Of a stretch of 64,000 nucleotides of DNA, positions 46,894-56,235 are shown piece after piece. Source of the stretch: Candidatus Bathyarchaeota archaeon B26-2 (GTDB lineage Archaea > Thermoproteota > Bathyarchaeia > Bathyarchaeales > B26-1); contig LUCE01000010.1 of assembly GCA_001593935.1 (NCBI GenBank), positions 21,602 to 85,601 on the forward strand, read 5' to 3'. Each line of letters starts with the position of its first letter. Position 1 is the stretch's first letter. The translations under genes were made by a program, and so were the position numbers. Below the pieces are notes generated by a model. The model saw only the letters and a program-made list of their open reading frames with translations, was not told where the DNA came from and searched no databases.

Positions 46894-48231
46894 TTGTTCC
46901 GGTTCAAGAATGTGAAGGGGTATAGGATGTTTGGTCGAGAGGTAATTGATAAGGCCAAGGGTATGGTTGAAGACAAACGGTCCGAGATCGTAGAGTTGGC
47001 CTCTAAGCTCATAAGGTTCCGAACCGTTGCACCTCCTGGGGAGACAGAGGAGTGCGCTCAGTTTGTTAAGTCGTACTTCGACGAGGTTGGGATTGAGACG
47101 ATCATCCACGAGAGGAAACCCAAAAAGACGAATCTCTGCGCTAAGATACCGGGAGGAAGCGAGGGAACAATCATCTGGCTTGGACACCTAGACGTCGTCC
47201 CCGCAGGATCTTTGGAGAACTGGTCTCACGACCCCTTCGAGGGCGAGGTTGTGGGTGGACGCGTCTACGGGAGGGGCTCAACGGACATGAAGGGCTCCTG
47301 CGCCTCCGCCATGGCAGCCGCTAAGGTTCTGGCTTCATTGATGGGAAGAGCCGAAGTTAAGGAGAGACTCCCAACGGTCGAGTTCTGGTTTACGTGCGAC
47401 GAGGAGATAGGCGCTGTCGACGGGGTTCGTTGGCTGGCGAGTGAGGGCCTCTTCAAGGGCGATGTCTGCATAATAGGTGACTCCTTCGGGAGCCTCCCAA
47501 CGGACCCTTGGATAGACGTGGGCTGCAAAGGGTATATCCGCGTCTTGTTGAGGGCTCGGGGAAAGACAGCTCACGGGAGTATGCCCTTCATGGGAGAGAA
47601 CGCCATAGACAAACTCGTAGACGCCGTGGGACATGTAAAGAGGGTTGAGGACTATCCCTTAGATCTCCCGGAGGACATGGAGCCCATAGCGGAGTCAAGC
47701 ACACAGTTCCTGTTAGGCTCTCTAAAACTGACCAAGGCTCAGAGGAAAGCCGCCCAAAGGCTCTTCCGATACCCAACTGTGAGCCTAAACATAATAAGTG
47801 GTGGGGTCAGGGTGAACGTCGTCCCAGACGTGGCCGAGGCAGTGTTCGATATCAGGATAACTCCGGGAGCCCCAATATGGAAGGTTGAACAGGTCATACG
47901 TAACCTCCTGAGAAGCTCTGAGATCAAAGGGGTTGAGATGGAGATCACTGGGCTCGAGGAGGGATTCTACGAGCCCCTAGACTCCCAAGTCGTCCAGAGG
48001 ATGATGGAGGCTGTTGAGGTGACTCTAGGGACCAAACCTCGCCCGAAGGTACTTACCGGAACAACCGACGGCATCCACATAGAGCACACCTCAAATATAC
48101 CCTGCGTAGGCTTCGGAGCTGGAGCGAGAGGCCTAGCCCACGCCCCAGACGAGTACGTAACCGTGGAGAACCTAGTTATGGCCGCCAAGGTCTACACGGT
48201 CTTCCCCTTCATCTGGGCCGGGAAGGCTTAG
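46894..48231 (+). CDS. M20-family metallopeptidase (ArgE/DapE/LysK-type deacylase)
   Basis: LGHLDVVPAG, YGRGSTDMKG and TCDEEIG motifs. The likely start is ATG 46927. Confidence 0.85.
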   Translation: MFRFKNVKGYRMFGREVIDKAKGMVEDKRSEIVELASKLIRFRTVAPPGETEECAQFVKSYFDEVGIETIIHERKPKKTNLCAKIPGGSEGTIIWLGHLDVVPAGSLENWSHDPFEGEVVGGRVYGRGSTDMKGSCASAMAAAKVLASLMGRAEVKERLPTVEFWFTCDEEIGAVDGVRWLASEGLFKGDVCIIGDSFGSLPTDPWIDVGCKGYIRVLLRARGKTAHGSMPFMGENAIDKLVDAVGHVKRVEDYPLDLPEDMEPIAESSTQFLLGSLKLTKAQRKAAQRLFRYPTVSLNIISGGVRVNVVPDVAEAVFDIRITPGAPIWKVEQVIRNLLRSSEIKGVEMEITGLEEGFYEPLDSQVVQRMMEAVEVTLGTKPRPKVLTGTTDGIHIEHTSNIPCVGFGAGARGLAHAPDEYVTVENLVMAAKVYTVFPFIWAGKA

Positions 48232-48352
48232 TCAACCGAGCCACGTATCAGCCTCCTAGAGGGGCCGAGATGCTTAAAGACTCTTGAAGCTGAAGGGAAT
48301 AGTCCTAGGCCTCGTCCTAAACTGCGTCCACTGCCGGGTTGCCAAAAAAGGG

Positions 48353-51300
48353 TCATCGTCCATTATTGGTCAACGGGACGGTGGCCTTCACTGGAGCGTT
48401 GGCTGAGACTTTGTAGCGGTCTCCCTCGGTTAGCTCCACGTAGATATGTGTCGGGATGACAAAGGGGTCACCCGGCCTCACATTGTAGACAAACCCTTTG
48501 GAGTAGTCTTCGGGGTCAACGAAGCCGCGTGCTAGGGTTACATCTCCTGTAGAGATCACGTAGCCCTCTTCGTTCCGTTCCACACGCACGATCACGTAGG
48601 CGGCGTCTTGAACACCGTCGTTGGAGAAGAAGACGGTCCTCCCAGCTAAGCTCTCTGGTAGGGGGAGATCAGAGGAGACGACGACGCGTTGGTCGTAGGG
48701 GTCATCGACGTCGAGCCGTATCACCTTACCTCTATAGGCTGTTACGAGACCTTCAAGTCTGAAGGAACCGATGCGTAGTTCTCTACCGCACAATTTGGCG
48801 AACTCAACCCGTTCTCCACGCCGCGCAACGAACCCGAAGGTGCCCTCGACCGCCAAGCCGTTCTCAACCTCTACTCTGGCAGACCTCTCGATGCTGACTA
48901 TTGTGTCAACCCTTCCATCAGTGAGCGTCACCTCCACGGCGGCCACCATCCCAGCGGAGTCATCTGAGACGACTCGTAAGGGACGGACGGATTCTATGAA
49001 CGGGGTCTTATCATAAGGCTCCAGAACGTTGATGAAGAGGCTTTCTAGGTCGTCGCCGGTGCGCGTCTGTATTATGAAGTTGAGCCATTTGGGGTTACCA
49101 GGTTTGTTCTGGGGAGGCTCTCCAACTGCGGTGGCAACCTCGCTCAACGGTGTGAGAGAGTGGATTCGCAGATGGGGCTCGGCGCCCGGTGAAAAGCGGT
49201 TACGGATGTCTTCTGCCTTGTAGTCTGCGTAGAAGATACGGGGAGGATCAGCGCACCGTTTCACCTGCTGGAGAAACGAGTAGCCGGGTTTGCGTGGCCA
49301 ATCCTTCTCTAAGTGTTCGGGTGGAACATCTTCACCTGCGAATGTACCCCTCGACTGAGGCTTAAGGTCAACGTCTGGTATGGTGAGGGTGCCGGGTGGC
49401 CCGTGCCACATCAACCTATGAACGTTACTTCCTCTCAGCCGAACTACGTCGACGACGTAGCTTCTCCTCTCATCTACATCCACCATGATGGGGGTGCGAC
49501 TGTACGTCTTAGAGTGAGGGTAGACGTCATCGCTACTAACAGTCGCGAACCGGACGCGGCCTTCGGGTTCGAATGCCTGCAGGTGCCCGGTGTATGATCT
49601 CCTCTGGTTCTCGTCACCGATTATCGCCACGTTGTGGCTTGCACAGTTACGTGTCCAAGCGAGGTCGCGTGGGCGGCCGCTGGCATATTCGGGGTAGCCC
49701 ATGTCGGGCAGCATATCGATGTTCTCTGCGTAGAGGCCGAGGTTCAGCCTATCTGTGTGGCCGTGACCCGTGTTACGTCCGAAGTAGAGCCAGACGGCGC
49801 GTCCCCACCTACGCTGCGGAGCTTGCAGGATGACGAGTCCGAAGCCGTCCATGAAACCGCTCTGAAGCGGAGGCTCCTCCTCGTTTATCACCTTCTCAAC
49901 CTTCGCTCGGATGGCAAGCGGGTCGGCGTCATATATGCTGCCGTGGATACGTTCTATCTTCTTTCCCACCTCCCGATAGAGGTAGCGAGCAAATATCGGG
50001 TCGCCATATATTTCGAAAGCCACTTGGAAGGCGTGTGCACGGCGTCCAACAGCCTTCCAGCCGCCGAGAATGCCAGAATCTCCGATCGGAGGCGTCACCT
50101 CGTCGAGGCAGCACCACCGGGTTGGTGCGAGGAAAACCTGCTTGAACTTCGGGAAATCTCGGAAAAAGTCGTGTTTCCTATACTTGGTGTAGGCACGGAG
50201 GAGTTCCGCTCCTGGTAGGAGGGATAGGCCCCAGCAGGAGTAGCCGGGCGCTCCCTCGTTTCCGAGGCCGTCACGGTCCATTAAGCCGACGATCACTTGG
50301 GGAACGTGTCCTCCCTTACGGTCATAGCCCGGTTGACGGGGGCGGTAAGGCGTCTCGTCTGGGGCGAAGACCCAGTCGAGTATCTCCTCGGTCTTGCCTT
50401 CCCTATCGAGGGCTATAGCCGTGGCGATCATGGCGGCTTGGCACATCCCTTCGTTTCCTCGGATGCGTCCATCACGGGCCGACTTGTAGAACTCGAGGAG
50501 AAGGTCTTCCTCTATGTGGCGGCAGACTGCTGCGGGGCTCGGTAAAGAAGGCAAGTCATGTTTACGGGCTTGCTTGTCAAGAAATTTGGAGAGGGAGTAG
50601 TCACGTGAGATGGCGTCGTAAATCCGATCGTAGGCGAGAGAATATGCAAAGGCGTTTCTCGTCTCCCATATCTGTCCTTCGATACGGCCCGCGCCGGAGC
50701 CGCCGTCCGAGTGAGAGAAACCCAGCCTATTTAGGGGAGCCCAGTCCATATCAGGATAGACGTCGGCGATCCTTGAGAGAAGGACCCCTGCCTTGTGGGC
50801 GTAACGGGGGTCGTCGGTTACGCAGTACGCCTCCGCCGCGTTCGTGACTAGGTTTCTGATGTAGGGCCATAACCCCCACTGGACATAGTAGGCTATGAAG
50901 TCCCACCGGCCTGTCTGGGGGTCGTTGTAGCCGTAGCCGTCGTCGACCCAAGCTTTGTGCAGGGGGTCATCCGGGTCAGGATGCTCAACGTTGAAGAGAA
51001 GCCTCGGGTCGCCGGCGCCTCGGCGGAAGAAGCCGTGCCTATCTAGGGCCGACCTATAGTACGCACCGAAGTCGTTCTTCGGATAGACCTCGTGACAGTT
51101 CGGACACTTTATCTTCCAAGGCATACTCTCTACATTGCATATCCAGGGGTAGTTTCCGTACTTGAGTATGGGCCCGCAGTTGGGGCAACTCGATACCCTG
51201 TTATTTCCTCTCAGTAACTGAACGTGAACTGTGCGTGGGAGTTCTTGGCTCGGTACAAGCTCCCAGAGATGCTTATCTGACATCTTAAGGATTGGAGCCG

Positions 51301-51412
51301 CCCTTTTGACTATGGCGTCTCTTTCTCTCTTCGCCCACTCGAATCGCTTCGCATTGGCGACCGCGGTGGCACGCATCGCCGCGGTCACGGTTCGGCTACA
51401 CTTTTTGGTCAA
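48353..51412 (-). CDS. Heparinase II/III-like (polysaccharide-lyase-like) large protein with N-terminal double-CPNC zinc ribbon
   Basis: 1019 aa. CPNCG...x23...CPNCH near the N-terminus, a helical toroid-like middle, and GHGHTDRLNLGLYAENIDMLPDMGYPEY resembling the Hepar_II_III motif. TTG start with GGAGG upstream. No signal peptide. Confidence 0.65.
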   Translation of the reverse strand: MTKKCSRTVTAAMRATAVANAKRFEWAKRERDAIVKRAAPILKMSDKHLWELVPSQELPRTVHVQLLRGNNRVSSCPNCGPILKYGNYPWICNVESMPWKIKCPNCHEVYPKNDFGAYYRSALDRHGFFRRGAGDPRLLFNVEHPDPDDPLHKAWVDDGYGYNDPQTGRWDFIAYYVQWGLWPYIRNLVTNAAEAYCVTDDPRYAHKAGVLLSRIADVYPDMDWAPLNRLGFSHSDGGSGAGRIEGQIWETRNAFAYSLAYDRIYDAISRDYSLSKFLDKQARKHDLPSLPSPAAVCRHIEEDLLLEFYKSARDGRIRGNEGMCQAAMIATAIALDREGKTEEILDWVFAPDETPYRPRQPGYDRKGGHVPQVIVGLMDRDGLGNEGAPGYSCWGLSLLPGAELLRAYTKYRKHDFFRDFPKFKQVFLAPTRWCCLDEVTPPIGDSGILGGWKAVGRRAHAFQVAFEIYGDPIFARYLYREVGKKIERIHGSIYDADPLAIRAKVEKVINEEEPPLQSGFMDGFGLVILQAPQRRWGRAVWLYFGRNTGHGHTDRLNLGLYAENIDMLPDMGYPEYASGRPRDLAWTRNCASHNVAIIGDENQRRSYTGHLQAFEPEGRVRFATVSSDDVYPHSKTYSRTPIMVDVDERRSYVVDVVRLRGSNVHRLMWHGPPGTLTIPDVDLKPQSRGTFAGEDVPPEHLEKDWPRKPGYSFLQQVKRCADPPRIFYADYKAEDIRNRFSPGAEPHLRIHSLTPLSEVATAVGEPPQNKPGNPKWLNFIIQTRTGDDLESLFINVLEPYDKTPFIESVRPLRVVSDDSAGMVAAVEVTLTDGRVDTIVSIERSARVEVENGLAVEGTFGFVARRGERVEFAKLCGRELRIGSFRLEGLVTAYRGKVIRLDVDDPYDQRVVVSSDLPLPESLAGRTVFFSNDGVQDAAYVIVRVERNEEGYVISTGDVTLARGFVDPEDYSKGFVYNVRPGDPFVIPTHIYVELTEGDRYKVSANAPVKATVPLTNNGR

Positions 51413-51580
51413 GACAGCGCCTCCTACCCCACCGAGGGAGACTATCTCTCATTTAACATTTATTGTCTCGACGACCTCTACAATCAATGTAGAAGACGTC
51501 CTCTCGCATGCACAGTACAGGATGTTCCTTAAGAAGACGTAGGCAGGGTGTAGCTGCTGGAGTTGGATGGGTAAGCGTGG

Positions 51581-52984
51581 TTATTCGACTTTAACGCCTT
51601 CTCGCCTCATTATCTCTTTAGCGACTATAACTCCGCTTGCGCTGGCCTGGACGAGCCCTCTCGTCACACCGGCTCCATCACCTATCGTGAAGAGGTTCCT
51701 TATCTTCGTCTCGAGGTGCTCGTTGAGTTCGAGCCTTGAAGAGTAGAACTTGACCTCAGTCCCGTAGAGGAGAGTATGCCTCGAGTAGATTCCAGGCGCT
51801 ACCTTATCTAAAGCCTCGAGCATCTCTCGGATATCAGTTAAGTAACGGTAGGGCAGAACAAAACTTAGGTCTCCCGGCGTAGCGGCCTTCAATGTCGGTT
51901 GCACGATGCTTCTCTTGATCCTCTCCTCGGTTGATCTCCTCCCCGAAAGGAGGTCGCCGAGCCTCTGTATGATCACTCCGCCGCTGAGCAGGTTTGTGAG
52001 CCTCGCTAGGTACTCCCCGTAGGCTATCGGCTCCCTGAAAGGTTTAGTGAAAGAGGTGCTTACGAGAATAGCGAAGTTCGTGTTCTCAGTCTTCCTTTCG
52101 GCGTAGCTCTGACCGTTGACGCTGATTACACCCTCGTAGGACTCTGTGATTACCTCACCGTAAGGGTTCACGCAGAAAGTCCTAACCTGATCGTCGAAGG
52201 CCCTTGAGTAGTAGATGAACTTCGGTTCGTATAGGATATCTGTGAGTTCCTCCATGACTGAGGCTAAGACCTCTACTCTGACGCCTACGTCGACAGGGTT
52301 ATTGAGGGTCTTCAGTCCCAGTGTCTGAGCTTCACTCTTGAGCCATTCGGCACCGCTTCTGCCCGGTGCAACGATCACGTATTTCCCGGGGATAACTTCG
52401 CCATCAGTAGTCTTGACGCCGTTAACCCTTCCGCCCTCAACTAGGAGACTCTTCACCTCGGTTCTGACCCTTATCTCGACGCTGCTGTTGAGCTCCTTCC
52501 TAATCCTCATGAGAACATCCATACAGTTCTCGGTTCCGAGGTGACGTATCCTCTGCTTGACGAGCCTCAAACCGGCTAGAGACGCCTTCCTTTCGATCCT
52601 CTCAATCTCGTCCATGTCGGTTCCATGAAGGGTCTTTGAACCTCCGAAGGCCACGTAGATACTGTCCACGTAGTCTATGAGCTTGGTAAGTTTCTCTTGG
52701 CTTAGGTACTCGCCGAGCCAGCCTCCAACAGAGGTTGAGAGTGTGAGTTTCCCGTCGCTGAAGGCTCCAGCCCCGCCCCAGCCGGATAGGAGGGTGCAAG
52801 GCTCACAGTTTATACAATCCAAACCCCTACTGGCTGGACACTTGCGTTTATCGAGGTCTGGGCCTTTGTCAAGCATGAGAATTTTAAGGTTGGTATTCCT
52901 CGAAAGTTCCAAGGCTGAGAAGATTCCAGCCGGTCCCGCCCCAACGATTATCACATCGAACTGCAAGCGGCTCCCTTCTGCCAA
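51581..52984 (-). CDS. FAD-dependent oxidoreductase (COG2509-like)
   Basis: DVIIVGAGPAGIFSALEL dinucleotide-binding motif and C-terminal GDGAG. 467 aa. Confidence 0.75.
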   Translation of the reverse strand: MAEGSRLQFDVIIVGAGPAGIFSALELSRNTNLKILMLDKGPDLDKRKCPASRGLDCINCEPCTLLSGWGGAGAFSDGKLTLSTSVGGWLGEYLSQEKLTKLIDYVDSIYVAFGGSKTLHGTDMDEIERIERKASLAGLRLVKQRIRHLGTENCMDVLMRIRKELNSSVEIRVRTEVKSLLVEGGRVNGVKTTDGEVIPGKYVIVAPGRSGAEWLKSEAQTLGLKTLNNPVDVGVRVEVLASVMEELTDILYEPKFIYYSRAFDDQVRTFCVNPYGEVITESYEGVISVNGQSYAERKTENTNFAILVSTSFTKPFREPIAYGEYLARLTNLLSGGVIIQRLGDLLSGRRSTEERIKRSIVQPTLKAATPGDLSFVLPYRYLTDIREMLEALDKVAPGIYSRHTLLYGTEVKFYSSRLELNEHLETKIRNLFTIGDGAGVTRGLVQASASGVIVAKEIMRREGVKVE

Positions 52985-53067
52985 ACCAGAAAGTTATGGA
53001 GGAGATGCTGAATATATGTCTTCCTCATAACCTCTTCTCTGAACTGGCATAGATGTAACGCTTCTCT

Positions 53068-53646
53068 TCACAAGGTTTCCTTGAATAGGTTACGCCATTC
53101 CTTCTCCTCAGTGAGGTTGGCAAGAGCCTCGGCGTATACCCTCACCCTCAAGGCCTCAGGGTCCTCTGGGGCTTCGGCCTCTAAGCACTTTTCTCCAACA
53201 CTCTTCAGCTGTCTTAACATAGCTATCGCTAGCCTCTCAAGGTCTTCCGAGGAGACTTCGGAGACGCGGTGGTAGAGCCTGAAGACGCTGAACATACCTC
53301 TCAGATGTTCTATCTGCAGCTGTATGAAGAACCTCTTAACATCGTCCGGTATACAGTCGGGGTCAACGATGAATAGAGAGGCCGCGGGAGCGTAATATTT
53401 CTGCATGATTCCGTGTGCCTCAACCTCGAGTTTGGCTACTTGGATGAGCCCTGCGTCGAGGAGCAGATGCAGGTGGTAGCCGACAGCGGCCTTCGTTAGG
53501 CCCAGCTCTCCTGAAAGCTGGGTCTCAGTCATCGGACGCTTACTCAACAGACGAATGATCTCCAATCTAGTAAAGTCAGCCAAGAGACGTATCGCTTTCC
53601 TGTCCCTAACGATGAGCACGGCCCTCTGCGGTTTCGTAGACACCAT
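53068..53646 (-). CDS. ArsR-family winged-HTH transcriptional regulator with C-terminal extension
   Basis: IRLLADFTRLEIIRLLSKRPMTETQLSGELGLTKAAVGYHLHLLLDAGLI. Confidence 0.75.
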   Translation of the reverse strand: MVSTKPQRAVLIVRDRKAIRLLADFTRLEIIRLLSKRPMTETQLSGELGLTKAAVGYHLHLLLDAGLIQVAKLEVEAHGIMQKYYAPAASLFIVDPDCIPDDVKRFFIQLQIEHLRGMFSVFRLYHRVSEVSSEDLERLAIAMLRQLKSVGEKCLEAEAPEDPEALRVRVYAEALANLTEEKEWRNLFKETL

Positions 53647-53680
53647 TTTGGTTCCATAGTTAATTTGCTGAGAACATATA

Positions 53681-53698
53681 AATTATCAACTGATAATT
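53681..53698. promoter_or_regulatory. Perfect 8-2-8 palindrome AATTATCA-AC-TGATAATT abutting the TATA-like box of the ArsR-family gene (putative operator)
   Basis: The minus strand reads AATTATCAGTTGATAATT-TATATG...(about 29 nt)...ATG. The palindrome occupies the BRE/TATA-proximal position. Confidence 0.4.
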
Positions 53699-53841
53699 AA
53701 ACGTTAATCTTTAACATTAATTTTGGAAGTAAATCAAAGCGATATGTAGATGGGCATTAGTCTTATCTTCAATAGACGTTGCTTGTAATTCTTCTCCTTA
53801 TTGGAGCTTCTCCGCAATACTCTCTACAACGTCTTTGTAGA

Positions 53842-54831
53842 TTAAAGGCCTGTGAGTGTTGCTTGGAAGATTATATACACCATGATCAGTAGTATTCCAC
53901 CCCACTTTGGTATTCCTCCCTTCGTTAGGAAACGCCACAGAAGAAGCGTTATTATCAGAAGGAAAGGGAGAATTTCTGTGAAGATTGCCAAGTCGACCGC
54001 GAAGGGTGATGACAGAAGAACGAATCCTAGGATTAAGGCCACATTGGAGAGATTCGAGCCGATGGCGTCTCCTATTGCCAGACGAATTCGACCCCGCCTT
54101 ACAGCTGTCACGTCCAACGCCAACTCAGGCAGAGAGGTGCCTATGGCCACTATCTTCGCACCCACAAGAATCGGGGGAATCCCTAAAGATGCCGCTATAC
54201 CGGATGCCGACCATACAGTGAACCTAGCAGCAAGAACAACAGCGGCAGTTCCTCCAACCACCTTCGCAATAACTGATCTCTTGTTCATTCTATCCGGTAC
54301 TTTCCCTTCCAAGTCGACTGGAGGCGTCTTTCGCGCCTTGACCATCACGTAGATGCTGATGATGAAGACTCCGATGAGGATCGCGCCGATGAGGTGACCT
54401 AACGTTGGGAGATACGTTGAAAAGAAGGGGACCGCTAGGAGAATTGGAATTGCTGAGGATAGGAACAGTATATCCACCATCTCCACCAAGAAGTCTGATC
54501 TAACCTTCTCGAGAGGAGCGATCATAGCCATGATTCCCACCACAATCCCGATGTTAAACATATTGGAGCCCAAGATGTCTCCTATGCTGATTCCAGGGGT
54601 CCCTTGGAGTATCGAGAAGATTGCAACCGTCATCTCGGGGATGGACGTCATGACTGAGAGGATTATGAACCCAGCTGAGGCCTCGCTGAGACCCGTGAGT
54701 TCAATTAGGTCCTCTATAGACTTTATCGTCAGATGGCTGGCCTTCGCTAGAACAGCTAATGATGCTGCAAACACCACTCCCAAGAAAATCGACGTCATTT
54801 CATTATCCATCGCGTGCACAAGATTCAACAT
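53842..54831 (-). CDS. Ca2+/cation antiporter (CaCA family, YrbG-like)
   Basis: Two alpha-repeat motifs (GDILGSNMFNIG and GTSLPELA...GDAIGSNLSNVALILG). Polytopic. Confidence 0.85.
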   Translation of the reverse strand: MLNLVHAMDNEMTSIFLGVVFAASLAVLAKASHLTIKSIEDLIELTGLSEASAGFIILSVMTSIPEMTVAIFSILQGTPGISIGDILGSNMFNIGIVVGIMAMIAPLEKVRSDFLVEMVDILFLSSAIPILLAVPFFSTYLPTLGHLIGAILIGVFIISIYVMVKARKTPPVDLEGKVPDRMNKRSVIAKVVGGTAAVVLAARFTVWSASGIAASLGIPPILVGAKIVAIGTSLPELALDVTAVRRGRIRLAIGDAIGSNLSNVALILGFVLLSSPFAVDLAIFTEILPFLLIITLLLWRFLTKGGIPKWGGILLIMVYIIFQATLTGL

Positions 54832-55128
54832 CCGTAAATTTAAATATAAACATTTTGATTGGTATAAATTTCTTAATCGGTATTAAATGCTTTACAAAAT
54901 TTGACCTCCGTTGAAACACCGCCTCAAATGCGTAACGGCGAAATGCCATCCACGAAAACGGACGGTCATCCTTTCCAAAATAAGATGGAAAAAGGAAAAC
55001 TCACTTTTTCATAACGTCTTGAATTGCTGTGAGACCATAAGGGATGACGAGAAGACCGGATTCTAATAGAAAACGATTCATTTGCTAGGAGTTAGCGATG
55101 TTATTACGCTTTTTCTCTTTTTTGGGTC

Positions 55129-55971
55129 TTACATGGCCATGAACTTGAAGAGGAGCCTCACACCCACTAGGATGAGGACGACCGCGAAGACTCTTCTGAG
55201 AGACTTTCCAGCCACTCTCTTCGCTATGTAGGCTCCCAGCTGAGCCCCGAAGATCACCCCGAGAGCCATGGGGACCGTATACTCAAACATTACGTTCCCG
55301 TAGGCTACGTGCTGAGCTGTCCCGAAGACGGAAGTGAAGATCATTATGAACATCGAGGTTGCGACCGTCACGTGCATCGGCAGGTTCATAACGATGTGCA
55401 GGATCGGAACCATTAGGGAACCGCCTCCAATGCCCAAGAGTCCGGAGGACATTCCGCCGAAGAAACCCACGGAGAAACCTAGAGGGAGGCTCACAGAGTA
55501 CTCGAAGACCTCGCCATCCGAGTCTACAACCCTGCGGCTCAAACACCCTATGGACTTGGGAAAGTGGACCCGTGGAAGGCCCATATTAAAGTTTAAAATC
55601 ATACGAAGGGCGACGAAGATGAGGAAGAGGGCGAAGATTATCCCGAGCTCTCTTCCACGAATGAGAGTTGTCAAGTAGGCTCCTGTGAGAACTCCAGGTA
55701 TGGTGGCCGCAGCCATTATCAAGCCGATCTTGTAGTCGATTCTCCCCTGCCTGTAGTAGGCGAACGTCGAGGCCGTGGACGTAAAGATTATCACTGAGAG
55801 GCTTGTTCCAACAGCCTTATGCGTCGCGAAGTCGAAGATCAAGGAGAGGATCGGCACCATGAGGACGCCACCTCCTATCCCTGTCATTGACGCTATTACG
55901 CCTACAAAGAAGCATAAGAGTGTGAGAAGAACAATATCAAACGGATTCATCAGAAGCCTCCGCCTCTCCAC
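55129..55971 (-). CDS. TauE/SafE (TSUP) family anion exporter
   Basis: 280 aa, internally duplicated 4-TM halves with GIGGG..MVP.L motifs. Confidence 0.8.
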   Translation of the reverse strand: MERRRLLMNPFDIVLLTLLCFFVGVIASMTGIGGGVLMVPILSLIFDFATHKAVGTSLSVIIFTSTASTFAYYRQGRIDYKIGLIMAAATIPGVLTGAYLTTLIRGRELGIIFALFLIFVALRMILNFNMGLPRVHFPKSIGCLSRRVVDSDGEVFEYSVSLPLGFSVGFFGGMSSGLLGIGGGSLMVPILHIVMNLPMHVTVATSMFIMIFTSVFGTAQHVAYGNVMFEYTVPMALGVIFGAQLGAYIAKRVAGKSLRRVFAVVLILVGVRLLFKFMAM

Positions 55972-56233
55972 TCTCTTGCTCCCGAGGCCTTTGAGGCGCT
56001 CGGCTGAGCCTCTCTTTTAAATAATCTTCAACGAACCGCCTTAACGCCTCGAGGAACTCCTCATCGTTCTCGAGCTCTTGGAACTCATCCCTAACGTCCT
56101 CTAGGCTTGTTGGGAGTTCCACTACGAGCCTTATCGACGGTCTTCCTATGATCTTCTCGAACTCTTCCTTCGCCTCCTCGTATTTGACCAATGTTCTCTT
56201 TCTGGACTTTATCCACTTCCATATCTTAGACAT
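55937..56233 (-). CDS. Small charged hypothetical protein
   Basis: 98-aa ORF tightly packed between two transporter genes. No motif recognised. Confidence 0.4.
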   Translation of the reverse strand: MSKIWKWIKSRKRTLVKYEEAKEEFEKIIGRPSIRLVVELPTSLEDVRDEFQELENDEEFLEALRRFVEDYLKERLSRAPQRPREQESGEAEASDESV

Positions 56234-56235
56234 GG

